Shown here piece after piece: positions 7,642 to 16,873 of a DNA stretch of 64,000 nucleotides. This stretch comes from an uncultured Chloroflexia bacterium (lineage in GTDB: Bacteria; Chloroflexota; Anaerolineae; Anaerolineales; UBA11858): the NCBI GenBank assembly GCA_963712165.1, contig CAVQGY010000005.1, positions 123,165 through 187,164 on the forward strand. The letters run 5' to 3'. The position numbers and the translations under genes were made by a program. Numbering within the stretch: the first letter of the stretch is position 1; each line of letters begins with the position of its first letter. The notes under the pieces are model-generated. The model was not told the DNA's origin. It worked only from the letters and a program-made list of their open reading frames with translations, and did not search any database.

Positions 7642-8628
7642 TTAATATTCAATTTCACTGATCGGATTGAGTTTAGTGAAATTGTGTTTTCCGTTGATCC
7701 AGCGTACCGTGCCGGTTTCTCCCCGGATCACCAGGCTGGATGTCTCCGCTCCCCTGCCGGTATAGCGCACACCAGAAAGTAGCTCACCATCCGTGATTCC
7801 AGTTGCAGCAAAAAACACATCATCGGAAGAGACTAAATCGTCCATGGTGATCACCCGGTCCAGGTTATATCCCATTTCCAGTCCAAGTCTCTTTTCTTCC
7901 TCATTCCTGATATAAAGTTTTCCCTGAATTTCACCCCCCATTGCCCGGATGGCACAGGCTGCCAGCACTCCCTCCGGTGTGCCGCCAATGCCCAGCAGGG
8001 CATCGATACCTGACTCTGGCAGACATGTCATCAAGGCCGCCGCCACATCACCATCGGGGATCAGGCGGATCCGGGCTCCAATTTCCCGGACGCGGTTGAT
8101 CAAATCATCATGCCTGGGGCGTTGGAGAATGATCACTGTTACGTCTTTGAGAGACTTTCCTTCTGATTCCGCGATGATCCTGAGATTATCTTCCAGTGGG
8201 GCTTCGATATTGATCTTCCCCGCTGCTAGGGGTCCGACCGCGATCTTGTCCATATAAACGAATGGGCCTGGATTGAACATCGTATCTCGCGGGGCAACGG
8301 CCACAGTGGCGATGGAGTTCAGGAAGCCGTTTGCCAGAGGCCGGGTTCCATCGATGGGATCCACTGCCAGGTCAACTTTGGGGGCTTTGCCTGTACCGAC
8401 AACCTCGCCATTAAATAACATGGGCGCTTCGTCTTTTTCCCCTTCTCCGATCACCACCACGGCATCCATATCGATTGAGTTCAACACCAGGCGCATGGCA
8501 TCCACTGCTGCTTTATCTGCGACCTCTTTCTGGCCCCGGCCCATAAAACGGCCTGCAGAAAGCGCAGCTGCCTCTGTAACTCGAACTAACTCCAGGGCCA
8601 GGTTGCGTGATGGTTTTTGTGAATTCAT
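7642..8628 (-). CDS. glpX: class II fructose-1,6-bisphosphatase
   Basis: LELVRVTEAAALSAGRFMGRG, VVIGEGEKDEAPML, AVDPIDGT; typical length of 328 aa. Confidence 0.9.
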   Translation of the reverse strand: MNSQKPSRNLALELVRVTEAAALSAGRFMGRGQKEVADKAAVDAMRLVLNSIDMDAVVVIGEGEKDEAPMLFNGEVVGTGKAPKVDLAVDPIDGTRPLANGFLNSIATVAVAPRDTMFNPGPFVYMDKIAVGPLAAGKINIEAPLEDNLRIIAESEGKSLKDVTVIILQRPRHDDLINRVREIGARIRLIPDGDVAAALMTCLPESGIDALLGIGGTPEGVLAACAIRAMGGEIQGKLYIRNEEEKRLGLEMGYNLDRVITMDDLVSSDDVFFAATGITDGELLSGVRYTGRGAETSSLVIRGETGTVRWINGKHNFTKLNPISEIEY

Positions 8629-8638
8629 AAATACCTCT

Positions 8639-9454
8639 TTATTGGGATAGATGGAGAATCAGATAATAGCCTATCGGTGCGGCCCACAAGAAGGAATCCA
8701 GCCGGTCAAAAAAGCCCCCATGCCCGGGGAAAATTACCCCGGAATCTTTCTGCCCAGCCTGGCGTTTTATTAGACTTTCCGTTAGGTCTCCCAGGGGAAT
8801 AAATGCGGAAATTGCCAATCCCAACCCCGCAGCTTCCAGGAGTGAGAGGGTCAGACCTGCGTTAAACACTTGATTGTATAGACTCAACAATCCCAGGCTT
8901 CCCATCACGCCAGTTATAACGCCGGCCAGGTAGCCTTCCCAGGTTTTATGCGGGCTGGTTTTGGGAGCCAATTTATGTTTGCCGATGGAGCTGCCGACCA
9001 GGTAAGCGCCGGTATCTGCGATCCAAACTATTGGCAGCACCATAAAAGTCCACCATATCCCGTCTGGGAGTGCGCGCAGAGAGATCAAATAAGGGCCGAG
9101 GAACCCGAGATAGATCAAGACACTTAAGGTAGCCCCAAAATCTGCGGCTGGCCGGGTATCTCCCCGTTCAAATTCAAAGATATGATAGGTCGCTCCCAAA
9201 AAGATCAGTCCGGTCAGGGCAGCAGCCAGGAATTCAAATTGGAAAACAAAGCGGGTCACACCCAGGAAGATAACTCCGCCCAGGATCAGGTAGGTGGATG
9301 GAGATAGATCGACCTTCTTGAGAAGCAGGGAATATTCCCAGGCTGCCCCTGTTAAAAATAGTATGATAAAGATGGAATAAACGATACCCCCGAAATAGAT
9401 TGCAGCTATTGCCAGAGGTAAGAGGATTGCGGCTACAATTAATCGTTGTCCCAT
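8639..9454 (-). CDS. cdsA: phosphatidate cytidylyltransferase
   Basis: Polytopic membrane protein with the C-terminal signature SLIKRQAGQKDSGVIFPGHGGFFDRLDS. Sits in the conserved uppS-cdsA position. Confidence 0.9.
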   Translation of the reverse strand: MGQRLIVAAILLPLAIAAIYFGGIVYSIFIILFLTGAAWEYSLLLKKVDLSPSTYLILGGVIFLGVTRFVFQFEFLAAALTGLIFLGATYHIFEFERGDTRPAADFGATLSVLIYLGFLGPYLISLRALPDGIWWTFMVLPIVWIADTGAYLVGSSIGKHKLAPKTSPHKTWEGYLAGVITGVMGSLGLLSLYNQVFNAGLTLSLLEAAGLGLAISAFIPLGDLTESLIKRQAGQKDSGVIFPGHGGFFDRLDSFLWAAPIGYYLILHLSQ

Positions 9455-9471
9455 AATGGGTCCTATGAGTC

Positions 9472-10194
9472 CTAATCTGTTTTAACTTCGCCGTACCGTC
9501 GCTCCCGCTGATTGTAGTCAATGAGTGCTTCGTGAAGGTCTTCCCTTCCGAAATCAGGCCAATAGGTCGGTGTGAAATACCATTCTGAGTATGCCCCCTG
9601 CCAAATCAGGAAATTGGAGCAGCGGAACTCGCCTGAAGTGCGGATGATCAGATCGGGATCCGGACAGCCTGCAGAGTAAAGGTATGTGGAGAATAGATCT
9701 TCATCCACTTTTTCAGGAGGTAGACCATCCATGATGATCGCCTGAATCGCGCGCAAGACCTCATTCCTTCCTCCGTAATTGAAAGCAACGTTCAGGGTCA
9801 AGGTCTGGTTGTCTTTGGTCAGTTCGATGGCTTCGAGAACTTTCTTCTTCAGGTTTTTTTCGATCCGGTCCAGGCACCCAAAATGGCGCAGCTGGACACC
9901 GTTTTCGTGCAGATTGTTCAATTCCCTGTCCAGCATGGTTTTGAAAATACCCATCAACCCCTGGACCTCTTCCTGGGGGCGCTTCCAGTTCTCGGTGGAA
10001 AAGGCATAGATGGTGAGATACTGAATCCCGAATTCCACGCTGGCTTCGATCACCTCGCGGAGGTTTTCTGTCCCAGCTTTATGGCCGGAAACTCGAGGCA
10101 AACCTTTTTCCTGGGCCCAACGCCCATTACCATCCATGATGATGGCCACATGCTGAGGGATCTTAGCGGGTTTTTCGAGGGGTTCTTTGGTCAT
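9472..10194 (-). CDS. uppS: isoprenyl transferase (undecaprenyl diphosphate synthase)
   Basis: HVAIIMDGNGRWA, YLTIYAFSTENWKRP, IRTSGEFRCSNFLIWQ. Confidence 0.93.
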   Translation of the reverse strand: MTKEPLEKPAKIPQHVAIIMDGNGRWAQEKGLPRVSGHKAGTENLREVIEASVEFGIQYLTIYAFSTENWKRPQEEVQGLMGIFKTMLDRELNNLHENGVQLRHFGCLDRIEKNLKKKVLEAIELTKDNQTLTLNVAFNYGGRNEVLRAIQAIIMDGLPPEKVDEDLFSTYLYSAGCPDPDLIIRTSGEFRCSNFLIWQGAYSEWYFTPTYWPDFGREDLHEALIDYNQRERRYGEVKTD

Positions 10195-10279
10195 GGATTT
10201 GATCTATATGAGGTATGATGATCTGTCTGGTTTTTGCCTCGAACCTTATGTAGGTTGAAGAATAAAACCGAAAAAGATC

Positions 10280-10837
10280 CTAAACCTCCATGATCTCCTT
10301 TTCCTTGCGCTCACAGAACTCATCGATCTTTTTGATGTAATCTTCCGTGATCTCCTGAATACGATCCTCACCGCGATGCAGATCATCTTCTGTGATCATT
10401 TTTTCACCCTCAAATTCTCGCAGATCACGGATACTCTCCCGGCGGATATTACGGATGGCAATGCGGGCGTCCTCCGCCTTCTCACCTACTACTTTTACGA
10501 GTTCCTTCCTTCGTTCTTCTGTAGGTGTAGGAAGCACCAGGCGAATATTCTCTCCATCGTTATTTGGTGTCAGTCCCAGTTCTGATTTCAGGATGGCTTT
10601 TTCGATATTCTTTAATGAAGAAGGATCGTAGGGCCGGATCAGCAGCGAGCGGGATTCCGGAACGCTGATGCCCGCCAACTCCTGGAGCGGAGTCTGTGTG
10701 CCGTAATATTCGATTGGCAGCAGCTCAACCAGAGATGGGTTGGCCCGGCCGGTCCGGATGCTGTTTAGTTCCTGGGTCAGGGCTACAATGGTTTTTTCCA
10801 TGCGCTCTTCGGTCTCTTGATATACATCCGCTAGCAT
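10280..10837 (-). CDS. frr: ribosome recycling factor
   Basis: 185 aa. IRTGRANPSLVE..., LIRPYDPS, plus the pyrH-frr context. Confidence 0.93.
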   Translation of the reverse strand: MLADVYQETEERMEKTIVALTQELNSIRTGRANPSLVELLPIEYYGTQTPLQELAGISVPESRSLLIRPYDPSSLKNIEKAILKSELGLTPNNDGENIRLVLPTPTEERRKELVKVVGEKAEDARIAIRNIRRESIRDLREFEGEKMITEDDLHRGEDRIQEITEDYIKKIDEFCERKEKEIMEV

Positions 10838-11103
10838 ATTTAACCTCCAAGATCAAATTTCAAACTGGAGCGGGACAATGCCCCAGCGATGTAAATGATA
10901 TACAGATACGGTTACCTAATACTATAATCTATAACCTCATCTTGATAAAGACATGTCATTGATGACCAGGTGTGGATATATTATAAGGGCATTCAATTTG
11001 CTTCGCGGTGTGATTTATCCAGCAAATATTGGGGGAGATTGATCAATATTGGCAAATATCTGGTTTATAAGCTGAACCTTTAATTTCCTGGATAGAGCAG
11101 GCA

Positions 11104-11835
<732 letters not shown>

Positions 11836-11912
11836 TTATCCTTGATTGCCGGCTATTTTGATATCTATTATATAAGAAAAAAGCCAACCTGCAGAGGTTG
11901 GCTTCTTTTTCA

Positions 11913-12515
11913 TTAATCGATGCTTTCGCCTCGTTCCCAGCGTTCCAGGCGCCGGATGACGATGTTTTCTCCTATTGAGGATATCTTCTCATGAAGAAGT
12001 TCCCGGATGGTAATATCTTCATTCCGAATATACCTCTGGTCGAGCAGGCAATTTTCCACCTTGAACTTCTCAACCATTCCTTCGAGGATCTTATCGATGA
12101 TGTTATCCGGTTTGCCTTCTTCCTTATAACGGGCCCGGGCAATATCCTTCTCGCGCTCGATCACATTGTCAGGAATCTGTTCTGCCTTGACCCATAGGGG
12201 AGCAGCGGCGGCTATTTGCAGAGCGATTTCATGGGCAAACTCCCGGAATTCATCAGATCTGGCCACAAAATCAGTCTCGCAGTTGACCTCGACCATCACG
12301 CCAACCCGTCCGTCACCGTGGGTATAGAGCTCAATAATACCCTCAGAGGCATCCCGGTCTGATCGTTTGGCGGCTTTTGCCAGCCCTTTTTGTCTCAGGT
12401 AATCGACCGCTTTATCAAAGTCGCCTTCCGCGTTTTGCAGAGCTTCCCGGACGTCCAGAACGCCGGAGCCGGTCGCGTCACGTAGTTTTTTTATCAGTTC
12501 TACTGAGATTTCCAT
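11913..12515 (-). CDS. tsf: translation elongation factor Ts
   Basis: N-terminal LIKKLRDATGSGVLDVREAL, then VEVNCETDFVAR. Lies downstream of rpsB. Confidence 0.93.
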   Translation of the reverse strand: MEISVELIKKLRDATGSGVLDVREALQNAEGDFDKAVDYLRQKGLAKAAKRSDRDASEGIIELYTHGDGRVGVMVEVNCETDFVARSDEFREFAHEIALQIAAAAPLWVKAEQIPDNVIEREKDIARARYKEEGKPDNIIDKILEGMVEKFKVENCLLDQRYIRNEDITIRELLHEKISSIGENIVIRRLERWERGESID

Positions 12516-12520
12516 TTTAA

Positions 12521-13402
12521 TTACCCCTCATTTTCATCTTCATCGGTGGAACCTTCGACTGCTTCTTGATCAGTTTCAGGGGTGGTTTCCTCTTCATCCA
12601 GCTTCATCTTTGCCAGGGTGGATTTTCCAAGAAGGTCCTCATCACTCAGCTGATCGCGGAGTTCTTCGGGCAGTTGGGCTTCAGCTTCTGCAGCTTCCAT
12701 ATCGGCCTCATAATCCTTACGCAGGTTGATGCCTTCGCTTACGGCCTGGGCGATAAGGGATACGATCAGCTGAATTCCCCGGATGGCATCATCATTGGCA
12801 GGGATTACATAGTCAATATTATTTGGATTGCAGTTAGTGTCCACCATGGCCACGACCGGGATCTTGAGCAGGTTGGCTTCATGGACCGGGATCTCTTCCC
12901 GTGAGACATCCACCACAAATAGCAGTTTGGGCAAGCCGTCCATATCGCGGATGCCGCCCAGCCGCCCTTCCAGCCGCTCGATCTCGCGGGTCATGCCCAG
13001 TGCTTCCTTTTTTGTGAAAATCTCAAACTCACCCTGATCGCGCATCTTTTCCAGGCGCTCCAGCTCGTGGATGCGTTCCCGGATGGTCTGCCAATTGGTC
13101 AGGGTTCCACCCAGCCAGCGACCAATCACGTAGGGCATGTCCACTTTTTCAGCGTTGGTCTTGATGATTTCCTGAGCCTGGCGTTTTGTACCCACGAATA
13201 GTACCGAACCGCCACCAGTGACGGTATCTCGGACGACTTCATAGGCCTCTTCCAGAGCAGCTACAGTTTGCTGCAGGTCAATGATATGAATATCATTGCG
13301 GGCGGCAAAGATGTAGGGCTCCATATACGGATTCCATTTCTGGGTCCTGTGACCGAAATGGACGCCGCTTTCCAACAGATCTTTCATCGATATCTTAGGC
13401 AT
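12521..13402 (-). CDS. rpsB: 30S ribosomal protein S2 with an acidic C-terminal extension
   Basis: LLESGVHFGHRTQKWNPYMEPYIF, GGTLTNW. The tail is rich in D/E (…TDEDENEG). Confidence 0.95.
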   Translation of the reverse strand: MPKISMKDLLESGVHFGHRTQKWNPYMEPYIFAARNDIHIIDLQQTVAALEEAYEVVRDTVTGGGSVLFVGTKRQAQEIIKTNAEKVDMPYVIGRWLGGTLTNWQTIRERIHELERLEKMRDQGEFEIFTKKEALGMTREIERLEGRLGGIRDMDGLPKLLFVVDVSREEIPVHEANLLKIPVVAMVDTNCNPNNIDYVIPANDDAIRGIQLIVSLIAQAVSEGINLRKDYEADMEAAEAEAQLPEELRDQLSDEDLLGKSTLAKMKLDEEETTPETDQEAVEGSTDEDENEG

Positions 13403-13664
13403 AGTACACTCCTTGCGTTTAGCCTCCGCTTCCGTCTTTCCGTCCGGGACCGGAGTATTCCTCCGGCACGCGCCGTTGGGTCGAGAAGCGTGTGTGATAC
13501 AAAATTTGACCCGCAGGATTGCGGGATCGAGGCCAGTATATCATGAGGGGGTTTTTTCGTCTAGATAATCAGGCAGCTTTGCCGATGCGGGGAGAGATCA
13601 GATATCAATCAGCTGATGATAAGGTATAAACTATACTATAGGAACTAATCATATTGGAGGAACA

Positions 13665-13916
13665 ATGACAGAGGAAAATGTTCGCCGAGAAGAATTCAGG
13701 GTTCGGGGTGAAGCGCTGGTGGAAAAGGTCAAGGAACTGGTCCATGAAGGAAATATCCGCCGGATCCTGATCATTGATGGCGATGGAAAAACATTGCTGG
13801 ATATTCCTCTGACCCTGGGTGTGATAGGGGCCCTGGTTGCGCCACAGTTGGCCGCCATTGGCGCCCTGGCTGCCTTGATCAGTGACGCAACGATCGTGGT
13901 TGAGATTGTCGACTGA
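13665..13916 (+). CDS. DUF4342-like small protein
   Basis: 83 aa. ...VEKVKELVHEGNIRRILIIDGDGKTLLDIPLTLGVIGALVAPQLAAIGA... matches my recollection of DUF4342. GGAGG lies before the ATG. Confidence 0.6.
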   Translation: MTEENVRREEFRVRGEALVEKVKELVHEGNIRRILIIDGDGKTLLDIPLTLGVIGALVAPQLAAIGALAALISDATIVVEIVD

Positions 13917-13948
13917 AATATAGATACCAGCTCTCTTAAGAGATCTTG

Positions 13949-13977
13949 TTGACGGAGTATTGATGGAGTAGTATACT
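13949..13977 (+). promoter_or_regulatory. sigma70-type promoter for the riboswitch operon
   Basis: TTGACG (13949-13954), 17-nt spacer, TATACT (13972-13977), located just upstream of the riboswitch P1. Confidence 0.6.
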
Positions 13978-13995
13978 TTGGTTGCTAATTGAATA

Positions 13996-14121
13996 AACAC
14001 CTTCGGGGCAGGGTGAGCGAAAGCAATTCCCAATCGGCGGTACAGCCCGCGAGCGCCTTAATTGGCGTAGGATCCGGTGAAACTCCGGGGCCGACGGTAT
14101 AGTCCGGATAGGAGAAGGTTA
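13996..14121 (+). promoter_or_regulatory. FMN riboswitch (RFN element) aptamer
   Basis: CTTCGGGGCAGGGTG...ATTCCCAATCGGCGGTA.AGCCCGCGAGC...GGATCCGGTGAAACTCCGGGGCCGACGGTATAGTCCGGATAGGAGAAGG matches the RFN core. P1 pairs CCTTC with GAAGG. Confidence 0.9.
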
Positions 14122-14157
14122 GAGAGGTTCAGCTGAACCTGGCTGATATTCTGAATG

Positions 14158-14190
14158 CCCCGAAAGCTATTTGCTTTCGGGATTTTTTTT
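14158..14190 (+). terminator. riboswitch expression-platform terminator
   Basis: Stem CCCCGAAAGC (14158-14167) / GCTTTCGGG (14173-14181), followed by T8 (14183-14190). Confidence 0.8.
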
Positions 14191-14212
14191 CAGAATATCC
14201 ATTCTCATATCT

Positions 14213-14244
14213 ACCGCCCTGTCCTAGAATGGCGGTTTTTTTTT
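14213..14244 (+). terminator. second terminator-like hairpin directly before the transporter RBS
   Basis: ACCGCC (14213-14218) / GGCGGT (14231-14236) with a 12-nt loop, then a T-run. GGAG at 14249 and ATG at 14261 follow. Confidence 0.5.
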
Positions 14245-14260
14245 ATTTGGAGCAGGATCG

Positions 14261-15037
14261 ATGAAATTTTGGGCAGATAGTGCCAGGAAGATCGGTTTTC
14301 TTATTCTCTCGCTTGTTGTGGGATTGTCCCTCTGGAGTGGATTTACTGCTTATAGTGATATCCCCTCCTTCATTTTCCCTGCGCCTGTAGAAGTATGGAA
14401 CCGCCTGATCACTGTGATTGAAGATGGATCATTGCTCTATCACACTCTGGTCACCCTTCAGGAAGTGATCCTTGGTTTGGCTCTCGGGTTGACAGCAGCG
14501 ATCATTACCGGCTATTTTCTGACCAAATCCCGCTTGGTTGAGCGGGTGCTTTCACCGTATATTGTGGCCAGTCAATCGATCCCCATTGTAGCCATAGCGC
14601 CCTTGTTAGTAATCTGGTTGGGACCGGGAATCCTCTCAAAAATCCTCACCAGCGCCTTAATCGTTTTCTTTCCTGTTTTGGTGAATACCATAGTCGGGCT
14701 GAGGTCTGTTCCTATTGAGCTCTATGATCTGATGAGATCCCTCCAGGCCAATACCTTTCAGCGGATCACAAAACTGGAGATCCCTGCAGCTATGCCGGTT
14801 TTCTTGGGTGGCCTGCGCATCGGTGCTACCCTGGCGGTAATTGGTGCTGTAGTAGGAGAATTCGTGGGAGCAGATAAAGGATTGGGTTTCCTTGTGAATG
14901 TTGGTAGAGGGCTTTATGATACGGCCCTCGTTTTTGTGGCAGTGTTCACCCTGGTGCTGCTGGCACTGAGTTTGTACGGATCGGTCGTTTTCTTGGAGAA
15001 TCGGCTGCTTTCCTGGCAGAAGAGGAATGGACATTAA
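14261..15037 (+). CDS. ABC transporter permease, NitT/TauT (ThiX/RibX-like) family
   Basis: About 6 TM segments with the EAA-type loop LMRSLQANTFQRITKLEIPAAMP. First gene after the FMN riboswitch. Confidence 0.85.
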   Translation: MKFWADSARKIGFLILSLVVGLSLWSGFTAYSDIPSFIFPAPVEVWNRLITVIEDGSLLYHTLVTLQEVILGLALGLTAAIITGYFLTKSRLVERVLSPYIVASQSIPIVAIAPLLVIWLGPGILSKILTSALIVFFPVLVNTIVGLRSVPIELYDLMRSLQANTFQRITKLEIPAAMPVFLGGLRIGATLAVIGAVVGEFVGADKGLGFLVNVGRGLYDTALVFVAVFTLVLLALSLYGSVVFLENRLLSWQKRNGH

Positions 15038-15058
15038 AGAATTACTGGGAGGGAAAAA

Positions 15059-16045
15059 ATGAAGAGATCTGGAATATGGATGGTGATCTTATTGGTAGCG
15101 ATGGTGGCCAGCTCCTGTGAAGGGCTGAAAGGTCCCGAGGAGTCAACTGGAGATGTGGTTCACATCCGGCTGCCTATGGGCTATATCCCCAATGTGCAGT
15201 ATGCCCCCTTTTACGCTGGTGTTGAGGAGGGGTTTTTTGAAGAAGTTGGTTTAGAGATCGAATTTGATTATTCCTACGAAACCGACGGTGTTGCCCTGGT
15301 AGGCGCCAATGAACTTCAGTTTTCATTGGTTTCGGGTGAACAGGTACCTATCGCCCGTGCAGAAGGACTGCCAATCGTTTACGTCATGGCCTGGTATGGG
15401 CAGTATCCCGTCGCTGTGATTGCCAAATCAGACCAAAATCTAAAAACCCCTCAGGATCTGGCAGGTAAAAGGATCGGGCTGCCTGGTTTATTCGGCGCAA
15501 ATTATGTTGGCCTGAGAGCATTGATGGGCTACGCAGGTCTCGAAGAAAAGGATCTAACTCTCGAATCGGTTGGATTCAATCAGGTAGAGGTCCTGGCCAC
15601 TGATACCAGCGAGGTCATTGTAGGTTATCTCGCCAACGAGCCGGTCCAGCTGGCAGCCATGGGGTACGATCTGGATGTATTACTGGTCTCGGATTACCTT
15701 GATTTGGTCTCAAATGGTTTGATCACCAATCAGACCACGCTGGTTGAGAATCCTGACCTGGTGCAGAGAATGGTCTCAGCGACCATGAAGAGCATCCAAT
15801 TTGCGGTCGAAAACCCTGAGGAAGCCTATCAGCATTGTATGAAATATGTTGATGGCCTGAAAGACGCTGATCAGGAAGTTCAGAAGCAGGTTCTGGAATC
15901 CTCTATTGCGCTCTACCAAACCGATCCCTTTGGCTATAGCAATCCCCAAGCCTGGGAGAATATGCAGGAAGTGTTGATGGATATGGGATTGATGAAAGAG
16001 GAAATCGACCTGACAGAAGCCTATACCAATGAATTCAGCCAATAA
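15059..16045 (+). CDS. ABC transporter substrate-binding lipoprotein, NMT1/THI5-ThiY-like (RibY-like)
   Basis: Signal peptide plus Cys (VAMVASSCEG). MGYIPNVQYAPFYAGVEEGFF is typical of NMT1/ThiY-type binding proteins. Confidence 0.8.
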   Translation: MKRSGIWMVILLVAMVASSCEGLKGPEESTGDVVHIRLPMGYIPNVQYAPFYAGVEEGFFEEVGLEIEFDYSYETDGVALVGANELQFSLVSGEQVPIARAEGLPIVYVMAWYGQYPVAVIAKSDQNLKTPQDLAGKRIGLPGLFGANYVGLRALMGYAGLEEKDLTLESVGFNQVEVLATDTSEVIVGYLANEPVQLAAMGYDLDVLLVSDYLDLVSNGLITNQTTLVENPDLVQRMVSATMKSIQFAVENPEEAYQHCMKYVDGLKDADQEVQKQVLESSIALYQTDPFGYSNPQAWENMQEVLMDMGLMKEEIDLTEAYTNEFSQ

Positions 16046-16796
16046 TCATCCCCTCTTGGAGGTCAAGGATCTGGGAGTTACCTTTACAGATGATAAAGGG
16101 TCCCTCCAGGCCTTAAAGCAGATCAATTTTTCCATCGAGAGGGAGCAATTTGTATGCGTGGTTGGTCCATCCGGAAGTGGAAAAAGCACCTTGATCCGTG
16201 TTCTGGCTGGCCTTTTAAAGCCCACCAGCGGGGAAGTCACCCTGGATGGTATCCCTGTAATAGCACCTCGTTTGGGCGTTGGTATTGTGTTTCAGAAAGC
16301 CAATTTGATGCCCTGGCGGTCTGTGCTGAGGAATATCACTCTCCCTCTTGAAATCAGCCGTACTGACCCGGCAGAGGCAACCAGTCGAGCCCGGGAACTG
16401 ATCGAACTGGTCGGTCTATCCGGTTTCGAGGATTGGCTTCCCCAGGATCTGTCAGGGGGTATGCTGCAGCGTGTGGCGATTGCCAGGAGTCTGATCCATG
16501 ATCCAGATCTATTGCTGTTGGATGAGCCCTTTGGTGCCCTGGATGCCCTGACCCGCGAGAAGATGGGCGTGGAACTGCTCAGGGTCTGGCGGGCCAGGAA
16601 AAAAACCGTGATCATGATCACCCATGATATATCTGAGGCGGTTTACCTGGCAGATCGAGTCTTGGCTATCTCGCCCCAGCCGGGAAATCTGCGGCTGGAT
16701 CTGGAGATCACCCTGGGGCGACCAAGAGCCGGAGAAGATCGCTATTCTCCTGCATTTGTAAGTTTGACCCATCAGCTCCGCCAGGCGATTGAATAA
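16029..16796 (+). CDS. ABC transporter ATP-binding protein
   Basis: Walker A GPSGSGKST, signature LSGGMLQR, Walker B LLLLDEP. Overlaps the SBP gene by 17 nt. Confidence 0.9.
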   Translation: MNSANNHPLLEVKDLGVTFTDDKGSLQALKQINFSIEREQFVCVVGPSGSGKSTLIRVLAGLLKPTSGEVTLDGIPVIAPRLGVGIVFQKANLMPWRSVLRNITLPLEISRTDPAEATSRARELIELVGLSGFEDWLPQDLSGGMLQRVAIARSLIHDPDLLLLDEPFGALDALTREKMGVELLRVWRARKKTVIMITHDISEAVYLADRVLAISPQPGNLRLDLEITLGRPRAGEDRYSPAFVSLTHQLRQAIE

Positions 16797-16801
16797 AGTC
16801 C

Positions 16802-16815
16802 TTGATTTTCATCAA
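16802..16815. promoter_or_regulatory. perfect FNR/CRP-family palindrome TTGAT-N4-ATCAA upstream of the ccm operon
   Basis: TTGATtttcATCAA at 16802-16815, 59 nt before ATG 16874. TAATAT lies at 16844-16849. Confidence 0.45.
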
Positions 16816-16873
16816 GAAGGCTACCATTTTTGCGTTTTCATGTTAATATAGGGCAGGTTTATTTTATTGGTAT

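Noticed and set aside
13605-14033. 142-aa minus-strand ORF spanning the DUF4342 gene and the start of the riboswitch.
   Set aside because: It is antisense to a better-supported gene with a strong SD, and it runs into a promoter and an FMN aptamer. Its composition is not protein-like.
14125-14140. Shared 8-mer GGTTCAGC/GCTGAACC between the riboswitch platform palindrome and the 170-bp elements (7305-7313, 7414-7422).
   Set aside because: A specific 8-mer is expected about twice by chance in 64 kb counting both strands. No similarity extends beyond the 8-mer.
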